From: Eledone cirrhosa
Lineage: Eukaryota
Length of the DNA stretch: 64,000 bases
Direction: 5' to 3'
NCBI GenBank assembly: GCA_964016885.1
Contig: OZ024743.1
Location: 158,968,001-159,032,000 of the forward strand
Shown here: positions 1-12,896 of the stretch, in pieces
Layout of the letters: the number at the start of each line of letters is the position of its first letter
Position numbering within the stretch: the first letter of the stretch is position 1
Notes under the pieces: model-generated
Database searches by the model: none
The model's input: only the letters and a program-made list of their open reading frames with translations
Told to the model about the DNA's origin: nothing
Position numbers and translations under genes: made by a program

Positions 1-2315
1 TGTAATGCATCATATCAAGCATATGCATATTAATCTAATGTGACGCTTTCGAACATAAATGAAAAATTAACTTCGTCATGGAACGTAACGCTCCTCGCCA
101 TACTATGCATAATGTATTAATTTCATTGGAAATTTTGTAACGGACGGAAAAAAGCATATTTTACACCCGTTACTAAACATAATATTAAAATATTCTAAAA
201 ACATTTTTCTTTCTAATTTTAATAATTCTAATATGTTACTGTAATTTCTAAAGTATTTCATTTCTATTTTATAACATCACTTCGAAATTGATACACCGTA
301 GCAAAAATGTGTAGTTCAGAATTTGAACGTATTACTCAACTTCTCATTTTTGATACGCAACTTGAAGTGTCGACTATAATTTAACAATTTTATAATCGGA
401 AAAAAATCATAAAGTGCTACACGCTTTATATTAAATAATACACGAACAATTTGTTGATTATAGTATAACGTACCCTACCCCAACGGTTTTCTGTAGAAAG
501 ATTCAATTACTTTCCTGTATTAGTATATTTAGTCAATTTATGGTCGCATCATTTTAAAGTGAATATGTGTTTATAAAACCTCATATAATTCCATTTCACT
601 TATTTTGTTATGTAGTATTTTATTCTATTTTATTTCTTTTTATCTTATTTTGTTCATTTTAATACTATCTGTAATCACAGTTCATCCGCTTCTGAGATTA
701 TATAACACTTTTACAAGTGTGTTTATGAACAGTTTGGTAATCTGCAATAAATTATGCTCTTGAACTGCGTCTTTGACGGGATTTAATAATATATAAATAC
801 AGAGACACAGAACCATATTCATTTTATCCGTCTATGTGATAAAACACCAAAGTTTCACTGAATTAAGGATCAATGCACAGTATTTCGATTGAATAAATCA
901 TTAGATATTTATAGTGACTGTTTCCCTCGAACTACCTCAACATCAAAGTCTTATAAAAAGAGTAAAATTGAGATGAACATTTATATATAATCTTAACTAA
1001 GATTAATTGAAAAGTGGCGGAAATACTAAAATAGGAAAACTAAATAAGGTAGTGGGGATATTTAGGTGTGAAGTAAGCCATACAATATGTGGAACAAGAT
1101 AGGACAAATAAACAGGAAATGACCATGAGAAGTTTTCACCATTTGTTAGGCAGTAAATATATTTCTATTTTCTAGACCTGAAGGTACATATTACGAATAT
1201 AATATTTTTTTTGTGTTTAAATTAAAAAAATTATCTTGTTTCAAATAAAATATTTTTAAATAATAAAGTATTGAGAGTTGAGGCTGTAATAAAGTATTAT
1301 GTGATAAGGACATATACAGTTTCAGTAAATTGAACATACCTATTATAAAGTACAATATCAGGAAGCCATAATTTGTTGCATGGAATTCGCAATACTGATA
1401 AGTTGTTGTAATCGGCTGGATCCCAAATCAGCTTTTCATCTTTCCACGACTGAAAAGATAAAATAGTGAACAGTAATGTATGAAATGTGAAATAAAAAGT
1501 GACTTATTGTTAATCAATGCATAAGTTTGAGATCTCCCATAATTTAGAATGGTTTTCTGTTCTTTACATTAAAAAATAAATGTAGAAATAAAATGTTACT
1601 TGTCTTGGACAAATATCATTTTATTCTTTTTGCATATTTTGTAGCGCTTTCACATTTTAATATAAGGATACTGAAATTGTGAAAACATCAAGTCTGTAAT
1701 TGTTTCACATAATATGAAAAAATACGCTTCGTAACTATTCGTTCATTTCTTCATAGTTTTGATTTGTCAGTTGAGGTTGTCCAAAATATTGAAACACGTC
1801 CGTTGTTATCTCCGGAATTATGAAAAATATTATTTGTAATAATCTAATATATTTTTCTCTTGACGGCTATTTGATTATAATTTAGCATTTTTTTAATGTT
1901 CCAAGAATTAAACAGATTTTAAGCCTTTTTTTAATGTTCCAAGAATTAAACAGATTTTAATCAACTTAAGTATCACCCCTCTGATGCAGTGTCATAAATA
2001 TTTAATTATTAAATAATTCTCTTACCCAATATTAAGAAATACACATCTCTGTATGATTGCTTAGTTATCAGTTCGTTAACTCTCCAGAAAGTTATAGAAG
2101 GGCCACATGTCCGTCCAGGATAACCAATATGGTGCACCCCATAATTGCCAAAACATGAAACAATGATATCATTCTAAAATATTCTTCTCTCAAAGCATAT
2201 TTAAACCTAGTTTACTTTTTAAAGATCTAAATATATATTTACTTAATATTTCTTTAAATAGTTGTATTCAACTTCCATTGAATATAAATGCAAATCACCA
2301 TTTCATGAACACTTC

Positions 2316-2835
2316 CTTCTTCTTCTTCTTCGCCCACTTATTACTGAAAGGGTCATAAGAGCAGAGTCCTCGAACACTACTTCCAGCGGGTCCTGTCAGA
2401 AATAACGGTCTCCAACTGATCGGGTTGGATCCTCAAGCACGACCAGTCAAGCTCATGGATGTTTTCCAAACATCTTGCTCGGGCTCTACCCCTGGGTCTC
2501 CTGTCGGTTGGTTTTGCCCGTAAAATCTGTACAGTGAGTCTTTCTTCAGGCATTCTAACCACATGCCCATAGTATCAGAGCTGTGATCTTTCAATTTGGA
2601 GAAGTAGTGGCTCTACCTGGAGTGACACTCTGATCTCCGAGCTACGCACTCTATCGAGTAACGTTACTCCAAAGACGCTTCGGAGAACCCAATTTCGACC
2701 GCTTGTATTAGTGATCGTATTCTTTCGGTCATTACCCAAAATTCATGACCATAGATAAGGGTTGGCCCGAATACCGAATTGAAGTTAGCGAGTTTAGCTT
2801 TTGCATCTACCTCCCTTTTTGTGATTAGCGAATGC
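2316..2835 (-). mobile_element. RTE-clade LINE 3' fragment (decayed)
   Basis: Minus-strand translation GHVVRMPEERLT..RRPRGRAR..DRTRWK resembles the RTE ORF2 C-terminus; (GAA)n-like tail at 2316-2331. Confidence 0.7.
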
Positions 2836-3221
2836 TCAATCTATTGCAGGAGAGCTTATTTAGTATAATTAAAATTCCATACACTTAATATGTATGCGTG
2901 ATATTAGGTTTCGGGGTCTAGTTATGGCCAATAATGCAAATTAGAGGACCTGAAAAAACTTCAGCCGACTATATTTTGTTTCAAACAGGGGAGAGCCCCT
3001 TCCTTGTTCTCGGAAGGGGCTCTCCACTGTTTAAAACAAAATATAGTCGGCTAAAGTTTTTTTCGTAATTTTCTCCTGTGCTCGATGAGAGGCCAGTATT
3101 GAAGCAGCTCATCTATTATAAGGTGGTAGTCAAAACTGGAACCTAAAACATAAGGTTGCGCATACATATTAAGTGTATGAAACATTATTTATACTAAATA
3201 AGCTCTCTTGCAATAGATTGA
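2836..3221. mobile_element. Fold-back non-autonomous element K (PLE 3' end)
   Basis: Outer inverted repeats ~2836-2925 and ~3130-3221; inner palindrome 2953-3063; outer arm matches 53876-53962, the end of a decayed PLE. Confidence 0.65.
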
Positions 3222-3419
3222 ACATTGTTTCCTTGACCTCTTATCTACGGATATCTTCATACATATATATATATATATTTATACACACACACAGGCACAT
3301 ATATATTTATATTTGCTAGGATTCATACTTACAATTATCCATTTACAAAAAGTGCAACTGTGCAAGCAATCTTTGCTCGTCATATCATCAGTCATAGCAG
3401 CGTTAATGTAGGTCAGATT

Positions 3420-3690
3420 GAGTTATATATCCTAATGGGTGACTTAAATGCACATGTTGGCACTTTCCGCATGGCATAGAAAGGAGTGATTGGAAGGAAC
3501 GGTGATCCCGATCTAAATACTAATGGAAAGGCTTTATTAGACTTCTATTCTAGCAAAAGACTCTCTATTATATACCCCTCTTCCAGCACTGAGACATCTA
3601 TAAATATACATGGTATAAGGGGTATCTGGGACAGAGATCAATAATTGGTTTTGTCTCTGATCTCTTCGATTCTATGTTGGATATTCGTGC
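3420..3690 (+). mobile_element. LINE APE-endonuclease fragment (decayed)
   Basis: Translates to ILMGDLNAHVG..GVIGRNGDPDLNTNGKALLDF with stops; GDxNA motif of APE endonucleases. Confidence 0.65.
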
Positions 3691-3809
3691 ATGGATCAGA
3701 TGAATTGTCCCCGCTGTGAGACAAGCCAGGTCCGATGACCATGTCTTGTTCATACGGGACTAGTTTTGACTTGGTTTCTACGGATGGAGGCTCTACCTAA
3801 CACCAACCA

Positions 3810-4020
3810 CATTTACAGTGTGTATTGGGTGCTTTTTGTCGTGACACCTACACGACAACTTTACATTGTGGGCTGGACCCTTTTTGTCGTGACACCTACA
3901 CGATCACTTTACATGGTGGGCTGGGCATCTTTTGTGGTGTTACCTATACTACCACTTTATAGTGTGGACTGGGCGCTTTTTGCCGTGTTGCCATCACGAC
4001 CACTTTACAATGTAGGTTTG
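3810..4020. repeat. 48-bp minisatellite, about 4 diverged units
   Basis: Unit like gtgggctggaccctttttgtcgtgacacctacacgatcactttacatg; 16-aa periodicity in ORF 3766-4110. Confidence 0.7.
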
Positions 4021-4309
4021 GAACTTGAGTGTGGGGGGGGGGGGGGATTGCGTGGTTTTTCCAGGGGCATGTGTGAGGGGGGAAGTGTTCAAGCGTGGGT
4101 GGAGTGTTAGGACATGGGAGGGGAAAGAGAGGGGGGATGTGGACGGAGGAGTTTTGTTAGGGTGTGGAGTTGTATAGAAGGGAGAGGGGGAAGGTAGTGT
4201 AAATAAGATGTATGGTTCAACCTGTGCACATGGGAAAGTGTGCTCTCTTGCATAACGCTAGAGGTCTCGATCCTGTGTTATCGCCTTCAGGAAGTGCAGT
4301 TGAGTAAGG

Positions 4310-4620
4310 TCAACTTCCATCAACCTTGAGCCCCCTGAACCTTTTTATATAGTTTCCATCCTTCATACGCAACACATACCAGCGCATTTTCCTCTCCTGC
4401 ACACTGCATCTGATTCCTTTTATACCCAGTTTCTCTCTCAGTTTATTTATGCTTTGCCGTTCATATATATTACTATTACACATCCATCGAAGCATGGAAG
4501 CTTCTTTTATTTCCAATCTTCGAAGGTCCTCTGCACACAGCGCCCAGGTCTCACTGCCATTCAACATTGCTGTTCGTATACACGCATCATACAATCTGCT
4601 CGCCCCTTTTAGGGGAATAT
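4310..4620 (-). mobile_element. RTE-like LINE RT C-terminal fragment
   Basis: RLYDACIRTAMLNGSETWAL..E.SMLRWMC..LREKLGI..RMRWY..RM, typical of RTE/BovB-like ORF2 ends. Confidence 0.7.
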
Positions 4621-6511
4621 CTTCTGTGGTTAGCAGGGGGAAAGTTATAGAGGTAAAGAGATAAGTAGATAGAAAGATAGTTAGATTTATATATATATAT
4701 ATATATATAATTATATATGTATTTATATACACAGACTAATAGAAAGAGCGAATGGATATATAAGCCCATTAAATACATGTTTCCTTCTAGTTAGGATGAT
4801 ACACACGGCGCAATTAGGTCTAGAAATCAATTAAAGGTGTTTCTCAATTTTTCTATCCACAGAGAAATCAATATTTTCAGGCGTGTTTACATCCTTACAT
4901 AATAAAAAAAGGTGCACATTGGTGCAGTCGCGATTACTCATTCTGATATAATATATAGTTAATATTAAACAGCATATTTTAGGAGTTAAATTAAATTATA
5001 TACATTAATAAACATAAGAATCTAGGTGGAACAGCGGGCTCGTTGACGTGTTTATACATACCTACCGTCTCGCCTACATAAATACTCATGAACGTACACA
5101 CATGAAAAAACAAATATCGGTGCATATATTTACTCTTACCATTTGTTTTAGAATTTTCTCCCCTGTCGGAGAATTGTTAAAGAATTTACAGAGATCTTTT
5201 TAACATCTGAATCAACATCCATTTCTATTGTATTTGACACAGTTTAATATAACCTTCAAGCAGTATTGTTTGCAAATGGCAAACAAATGGCCATAACTTT
5301 GATGGTAACTACAACTTTTCTTTACAGATCGATTTTCTGACGACAATAAGCCGATTAGATGAAAGCGAAATTTACAATTTACTGCAGCTTTAAGTTCCTT
5401 GATTGAATTTTAGTGTGTGTGTGAGTTTCTCTGTATTGTTACATTTCATTCCTTTGATAATGCGTGTAGCAAAACACAAAAAATATAAATATTTTGCTGA
5501 GAAATAAAGAATAGAAATAAATATTCCATTGCTTTAACTTCTTTTGTAACTAATTGTATGTAAATGAATCTTCTTCCTAAATCCTTGAGATATTATCTCG
5601 ACAGCCGCGTAAGATATGAAGCTAATCATCCTATCTATCTATGAACCTCATTTCAATCTAGTTTGTTTTAAGATTACAGCAGAACAAGTAAAATCTATAT
5701 TGGAGTTTTGCTAACATCTGGAAAAATGTTGCAGGAACATATAAACATCCTGAACTGCAGTAATAAAGGTCATGCGATTGATTTACTTTATGTCCCATGC
5801 GAGATTTGTTATTTCTTTTCGCCTCTTCTGTTGCTACTTCAATTATATTTGTTCCTCTGAATTTCATACCTTCTTTACCAATGTTCACCATACATAACTC
5901 CTTGGTCATTCGTTGTTTATAGTAGCTTTTGTTTTGCTACACTTTCATCATCACCTAGATCAACACTCATTGTATGGAACAGATGATATAAAGAAGATAA
6001 CGTAGTGAATATTTACGGTTTCGAAAGTACATTTTCCCATATTCAAATAGGAAATATGAGCATGCTTCTCGGTTAAATTCCATTCCAATATACGTATATA
6101 CGTTATTAAATCCATGAGTTTATCAGTATTATAAATATTCCGAGACTAAAACGTAAAAGAGGTTTCGAATTACATTGGCATTTCCTGTTGCAGATCTTAA
6201 CATATAAATACTGGTTTCTTTTTCTAGAAGAATTGACAGCCAGTTTAATGTCAAAATAAGAAAGTGCATATAGACAGTTTTCTTAGAATGCGTCTCCCAA
6301 ATGACTTATAACATCAGAGACAATCATCGTATTTTCAATTGAAAGAGTGTTTACCAATTCATCATAAGTTTTAACGACAGTAAGAGGGATAGCAGTTAAT
6401 CCTGCCTGCGGACTACATACATGCTGTCTCTCTCTGCCTCTCGACATTTTGCACCATCACTAAAATGGTTTATGCCCCTCGGAGATGACTGATCACATGT
6501 CAGTTCTTTTT

Positions 6512-6642
<131 letters not shown>

Positions 6643-6933
6643 TGGATGCATGCATTAATGTATGTATACAGAGTGCATAAATATATTAAAAAGATAAATA
6701 AATATATATATTTCGTTTCTGAATTTGTTTAGCAAGATTCTTTATCTGAAATCGTGTGTTGAAACCGATATTGTTATACTTTGGGAGGGTCATGTTGCCA
6801 ATAAGAAACACACGCACCAGTTGCTTTCACTTCAATTTATTATATATTTATAAATTTATAAATTTACAAATCTACAAACTTATAAGTTTCTGGTTGGTTG
6901 GTTGGTTCCACAACCAGATAGTTGTTTATATAT

Positions 6934-6978
6934 AGTCATAGTCCTTTCGTCACACACTCTGTGACCTCATCAGTGACT
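6934..6978 (-). ncRNA. Minimal type I hammerhead ribozyme (family A)
   Basis: agtca-CTGATGA-g gtcac..gtgac-GAAA-ggac-TA-tgact. Confidence 0.8.
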
Positions 6979-7694
6979 GGGGATTCCTTTCTTTGTTTCT
7001 GTGCCTTTCCTTTCTTCTGTCCTGCGCCATTTTGTTTCTGTGTGTGTGTGTTGTGTGCTCAGTTTGCGCATGCGCCACATCCGGGTGTCTGTGTGTGTTT
7101 GTGTTCATTTATCTATTTGTTTATTTATTTATTTATTTATTGTTGGTTGGTTGTTTGTTCTATGTGTGTGTGTGTTTTCATTTTGTCCTTAATTGTAAGT
7201 TGTGATGTTGCTGTTCCACTCATATTTTCTATTTAATTTTGGTTGTAATTCTTTTATGCTTACTGCCTCTGTAATTTGCCTAAACATTGCATCTTTTCTG
7301 TGTGTGGATTCTATTTTTATTTCTATGTTCTCTAATTTAGCCTTGTGTTCTATGTTAGCATGATGGTAGAGTACAGATGATTCTTTATTATCTTGAAGGT
7401 CTCGCCAGTGTTCATTTATCCGTTCCCCTATACTACGAGCTGTCTCACCTATGTACACTATATTTTTGTTTCTACATTGTCCTTCAGTACATCTTATGCT
7501 ATACACTACATTTCTAGTTTTACAGTTAATATGGGGGCTTATTTTACAGGTTATACATGTCTTATCTATGCATGAGGGTCTTTGGAACGGGTATGTCTTG
7601 CTAATAAGTGTTTTTACGGAGGTACCTGGTCTTTCTACTATCTTAATATTGAGTTTATGACAAAATTGACGGTATCAACATTGACGGTATCAAC

Positions 7695-10600
7695 ATGGCC
7701 GACACCTCATTATCAGAAGAGTTCAACAACAAAAACACCAACATTTATGGGAACGCAAAAATAGATAATGATGAAATGTCTGTGTTATTTTTGCCGCCGA
7801 AATTTGCGACATTCAAGAAGGTAAATATGATTAGTTGTCTGTCAGAAATAGAAAAATCATTTACAAAACTACGCTGGAGCATCAAAAACAAAAGCAACAA
7901 TATACGCACACACATATACAACACACATCCCAACAACAACAGACACACAGACACAAACAACAATAACAACAACACACACATCAACAACAACAACAATAGC
8001 AACATACCCAGAAACAACAACAACAGACACGCAGACTCAAACAACAATAACAACACACACAACAACGATAACACACACGGAGACAACAACAACACACATC
8101 AACAACAGCACACATCAACAACAACAACACACACGCATTCAATGCCTCTCACCACCACCACAATCTTAACAAACACACAGACACAGAAAACAAGTAATGA
8201 CAGTAGCACAGAAATCAGAGAAATAAGGGAAAGTAATAAGATTAAAAGGAAAAGGAGATGGGAGACTAAGGACAAAGAGAATAACCAAGACGAACACACA
8301 GACACACAAAATAGGGTAGATAACAACATTGAGCCAGTGGAAAGAGACAGGAGTAATTATGAGAGACATAGAAACAACCATGAGGCTGTTGGTGGAAATA
8401 GAAATAGAAACAACACAACTAACAATAACAATAGCACTAGTACACATAAAGCAGCAGCCTGGAACTCTCTGTTTTATAATCCCTCCGATAAATCATTCGA
8501 CCTGCAACGAGTCCACGCCACGACTTTACCATTTAACAAACGCACGCAGTTGCCGTCGCAGGTCGATGAACAAACAGAAGCACAATTTAGTATAGCTAAA
8601 TCCGAACTTAGAAATATTATAGAACAGTATAGCAAGAAGCATAATAGAATAGAGGCCCAGCAACTGGGAGAAAAATCTGCAAATGGCTTGCGTAAGCTCA
8701 TGCAGCGCTCACGTAATGGAGAGATAGCATGCTTTCCAACAGACAAGTCTGGCAGAATGTCGGTTGACAGCCTGCCAAACTACATCCAGGCAATGCAACC
8801 CCACATCACTAACACAAGTGAGGTAACACCACAGGAGCATGAGGATAGAGAAAAAGCCCTCAATGCCCATATGGTGATGTGGACGAATATAATGCAGCCC
8901 AACAAAAGGACTGCAACAACTTCCAGGCCTGGAACAATGACGTGCCGGCGTTGTATGGGCTTCGAAAAGACCATAAAACGGGCTGTGACCCTGTCGCGGG
9001 ACCACCAACACGGCCAGTCTGTGGAACTAACATTGCTAGTAACTACAGACTGTCCTACTTCCTCTCCCTGATCATACGCTCCATCATTGAGATGTCCCCA
9101 GATGTATGTGACAGCACGGAAGACCTCCTCAGCAGAATCGGCGTGAGTAACCGATCCGGGGACCTAACAAACTGCATAATAGGCAGTATGGATGTTGTGT
9201 CCCTGTATCCATCTATTGACGTGGATTTTGCTGTGGAGAAATGCGTAGAAATGATCAGCGAGAGCAAGGTTGAGTTCCGTGGGATTGATACCAGTGAGCT
9301 GGGACTTCTACTTAAGCTTACCCATAGTAATAGTTACCTAGACACTTATGACCTTAGCAACCTGTGCCCTACAAGAGGCAGACCACCTACCATTACCTCA
9401 ATGGCCAAGAAAACCCACACAGATAGATGGAACGGGTGGACCAGAGCCATACGGACACCCGAAAACCACGATGAACTGAAGAAAATGATTGCACATGCGG
9501 TAGGGGCCAGCATAAAATTAACCCTTAAGGAACATATGTTCAAATTTAATAGAAAAACATATGCCCAAGAGGAAGGAGCAGCCATTGGTGTTAGCATTGC
9601 AGGCGACATAGCTAACTTATTCATGGTATGGTGGGACAGTAGACTTAAACTTAAACTTAAAGAACAATTAGAAGACAGCTTAACCCTGATAATGTACTCC
9701 TGCTACGTAGATGATATAAACATCGTAGTTAAGACACCCCCACTAGAGAACAGTCAGGAACTAGAGAAAAACACAATGGAAAGCATCCAGGAAATAGCAA
9801 ACTCCATCCACCAGAGCATTAGAGTTACTATAGACTACCCAAGTAGACACCCCAACCATCGATTACCTGTACTAGACACAGAGCTCTGGTTAGATACCAT
9901 CAACAACCAAAAACAAATCCTCCATTCCCATTATGCCAAACCCATGACTTCCAAACATCTGATCCACCGAAACTCGGCCATTTCGGACCATACCAAAATC
10001 AACATACTGATTGCGGATTTGGTACGGGTGATGAGAAATGTGTCCCTCATGTGCAACCCCGAAGAACTAGAGAGACACATACAACACTTCATCCACCGTA
10101 TGCAGTCCTCTGTCTACAATCAGAGAGATAGAATCAGAGTGTATAGAGGAGCCAGAACCAAATGGGAAAAAATGGTAAATAATGACATAAATGGGACCTG
10201 CCCCTTGTATAGGAGCAAATTTTGGAATAGAATAGAAAGAACTAAGAACAAAGCCAATAGAATAAACTCATGGTATGATAGCAATAAATACCAGAGTGTA
10301 ATGTTCATCAATACAACCCCTAGAGGCGAACTAGCCTACAAATTTAGAAGGGCCCTAAATAAACATAAACTCAATATTAAGATAGTAGAAAGACCAGGTA
10401 CCTCCGTAAAAACACTTATTAGCAAGACATACCCGTTCCAAAGACTCTCATGCATAGATAAGACATGTATAACCTGTAAAATAAGCCCCCATATTAACTG
10501 TAAAACTAGAAATGTAGTGTATAGCATAAGATGTACTGAAGGACAATGTAGAAACAAAAATATAGTGTACATAGGTGAGACAGCTCGTAGTATAGGGGAA

Positions 10601-10831
10601 CGGATAAATGAACACTGGCGAGACCTTCAAGATAATAAAGAATCATCTGTACTCTACCAACATGCTAAGATAGAACACAAGGGTAAATTAGAGAACAGAA
10701 ATAAAAATAGAATCCACACACAGAAAAGATGCAATGTTTAGGCAAATTACAGAGGCAGTAAGCATAAAAGAATTACAACCAAAATTAAATAGAAAATATG
10801 AGTGGAACAGCAACATCACAACTTACAATTA
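7695..10831 (+). pseudogene. PLE RT + GIY-YIG endonuclease, frameshifted (ORFs 7695-9071 and 8879-10741)
   Basis: PTDKSGR, SMDVVSLYPSID, QEEGAAIG, YVDD, CxxxxCxxC linker, VVYSIRC..YIGET.R...R..EH; frameshifts near 8915 and 10697. Confidence 0.9.
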
Positions 10832-11036
10832 AGGACAAAATGAAAACACACACACACATAGAACAAACAACCAACCAACAACATGTAAATAAATAAACAA
10901 ATAGATAAATGAACACAAACACACACAGACACCCGGATGTGGCGCATGCGCAAACTGAGCACACAACACACACACAGAAACAAAATGGCGTAGGACAGAA
11001 GAAAGGAAGGGCACAGAAACAAAGAAAGGAATCCCC

Positions 11037-11081
11037 AGTCACTGCTGAGGTCACAGAGTGTGTGATGAAAGGACTATGACT
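11037..11081 (+). ncRNA. Hammerhead motif (family A), mutated core CTGCTGA
   Basis: Same fold as 6934-6978 with A6 changed to C. Confidence 0.65.
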
Positions 11082-11243
11082 ATATATAAACAACTATCTG
11101 GTTGTGGAACCAACCACCCAACCAGAAACTTATAAGTTTGTAGATTTGTAAATTTATAAATTTATAAATATATAATAAATTGAAGTGAAAGCAACTGGTG
11201 CGTGTGTTTCTTATTGGCAACATGACCCTCCCAAAGTATAACA

Positions 11244-11284
<41 letters not shown>

Positions 11285-11291
<7 letters not shown>

Positions 11292-11990
11292 AAAAGTTTA
11301 GTAGAAATATCCAAGGGTAAGAGCACTCAGTCTATAGGATGAGTATAGTAAAAATAATTTCAACAGTGACATAAACAGGTTATTAAATTTCGTTGGGTTC
11401 TGGACCCCAACGCATTCAGCCTGCAATAATAAAAATAAAAATAAAGATGGCCACCTGGGGTTGATTGTGATTTCCTTTTAGAAATATATCATAAGAGTTT
11501 AAACAAAGGCAGAAATTATAGAATTGGGTAGTAATATGTAATACAAAATCGCTGGGGTCTAACACAGCTGCTATGATTAGTTAGTATAGCGTATTCGGGC
11601 CAATGCTATCTTTAAGTTTTTGGGGTGGGGTACTGAGGCTACAGAAGCCCGATGGGCTGCGTCGGAGTAGGCGAAAGGAGGAAAAAAAGAATTACCTCTT
11701 TTCTTTCCCTCTATGTTTTCTTCTTCCCTTTGTCTCCACATATCACTTCCTTCCACCACCGAACTTCTAGCTCGTTCTTTTTTTTCACCCTTTCGCCTAC
11801 CCCGAGGCAGCCCATCGGTCCTCTGTAGCCTCAGTACCCCCCTCCCCCCAGTAACTTAAAGATAGCATTGGTGGAATACGCTATACTAACTAATCATAGC
11901 AGCTGTGTTAGATTCTGTATTACTTTTTACTACCCAATTCTATAATTTCAATAATTCTTATTTAGTATATTCTATTCTCAACTCATTCTA
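11285..11990. mobile_element. Non-coding PLE-end element I with internal inverted repeat
   Basis: Starts at (TA)n; inverted repeat ~11512-11710 / ~11775-11949; hammerhead-like motif 11376-11423 (-) and tail hairpin. Confidence 0.6.
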
Positions 11991-12073
11991 TAACATTGGT
12001 CAATTTTGACCAATCCTCTTGACAAATTTTGACCAATCCTCTTGACAACTACAATCTTCCCATATAAGGAAGT

Positions 12074-12169
12074 ACCCCTTGAAAAGTTCGGCTATTTATT
12101 ACCAGACTAAAAATTCTAATTTAGTCCAGAAATAGCCGTCGAAACGGCTTGAGCTCTGCTGCCAGGGTC
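12074..12169 (+). ncRNA. Hammerhead variant with U3-A8 core (family F)
   Basis: acccc-TTGAAAA-long stem II (cggctattt/aaatagccg)-GAAA-cggc..; stem III and cleavage site decayed in this copy. Confidence 0.55.
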
Positions 12170-12664
12170 ATACGTTTTCCTATTACCCATTCTACTACCC
12201 TAAGTATTGAGTACTCTGATGCGTTATGGTCCATCTGGTTCCTCATTGGCCGAAAAAGCCACACCAACTAAATATAGCAGCTGTTTTAGACTCTATAGTC
12301 TTTGTTTTTTATCACTTCTCACTATCCAATTTTATATTTTTATATATCTTTCTCTTATTTTATTATTATTTTTTTATTGTCACCTAATCCCAATTGATTT
12401 ACCCATTCCATAACGTCCCTCCTCTATTTTCTCCAGAAACCTTTTTTTCACCTACCTCCACTGGTCTACTTTCATACACAATCCTTAGAATTTGCCGTAT
12501 AGATTTCACTTTCAACGCTTGACCGGCTCCACCCACTCCCTCATTGTTCTACAGGTAAGTTCAGCAACCCCACCTCCCACCCACTGCCATGATAGACTTA
12601 TTTGTGTTTACAACAAATTTTGACCAATCCTCTTGACAACTACAATCTTCCTATATAAGGAAGT

Positions 12665-12761
12665 ACCCCTTGACACGTTCGGCTATTTATTTACCAAACT
12701 AAAAAATTCTAATTCAGTCTAGAGATAGCCGTCGAAACGACTTGAGCTCTGCCGTCGGGGT
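12665..12761 (+). ncRNA. Hammerhead variant, second family F copy
   Basis: acccc-TTGACAC-stem II-GAAA-cgac ttgagctct gccg-TC-ggggt. Confidence 0.55.
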
Positions 12762-12863
12762 CATATATATATATATATATGTATTGAACTTAGATTTGAT
12801 TGTTTTAATATTTTGTATATATATATATATATATAAATACATACACACACACACACATATATG

Positions 12864-12896
<33 letters not shown>

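Larger units (their letters stand above)
6711..11246. mobile_element. Penelope-like element family A, copy 1 (head-to-head: short tailed minus arm 6711-7659, long tail-less plus arm 7660-11246)
   Basis: RT and GIY-YIG ORFs; 6769-7659 is the reverse complement of 10364-11246; TA repeats on both flanks. Confidence 0.93.
11997..12762 (+). mobile_element. Family F element with ~590-nt-spaced direct repeats (pLTR/retrozyme-like)
   Basis: 12024-12170 repeats at 12615-12762; ends in (TA)n; same terminus as 58731-58924 and 63122-63355. Confidence 0.7.

Noticed and set aside
5658-5909. 83-aa ORF as host coding exon
   Set aside because: No recognisable domain and no supporting neighbouring exons.
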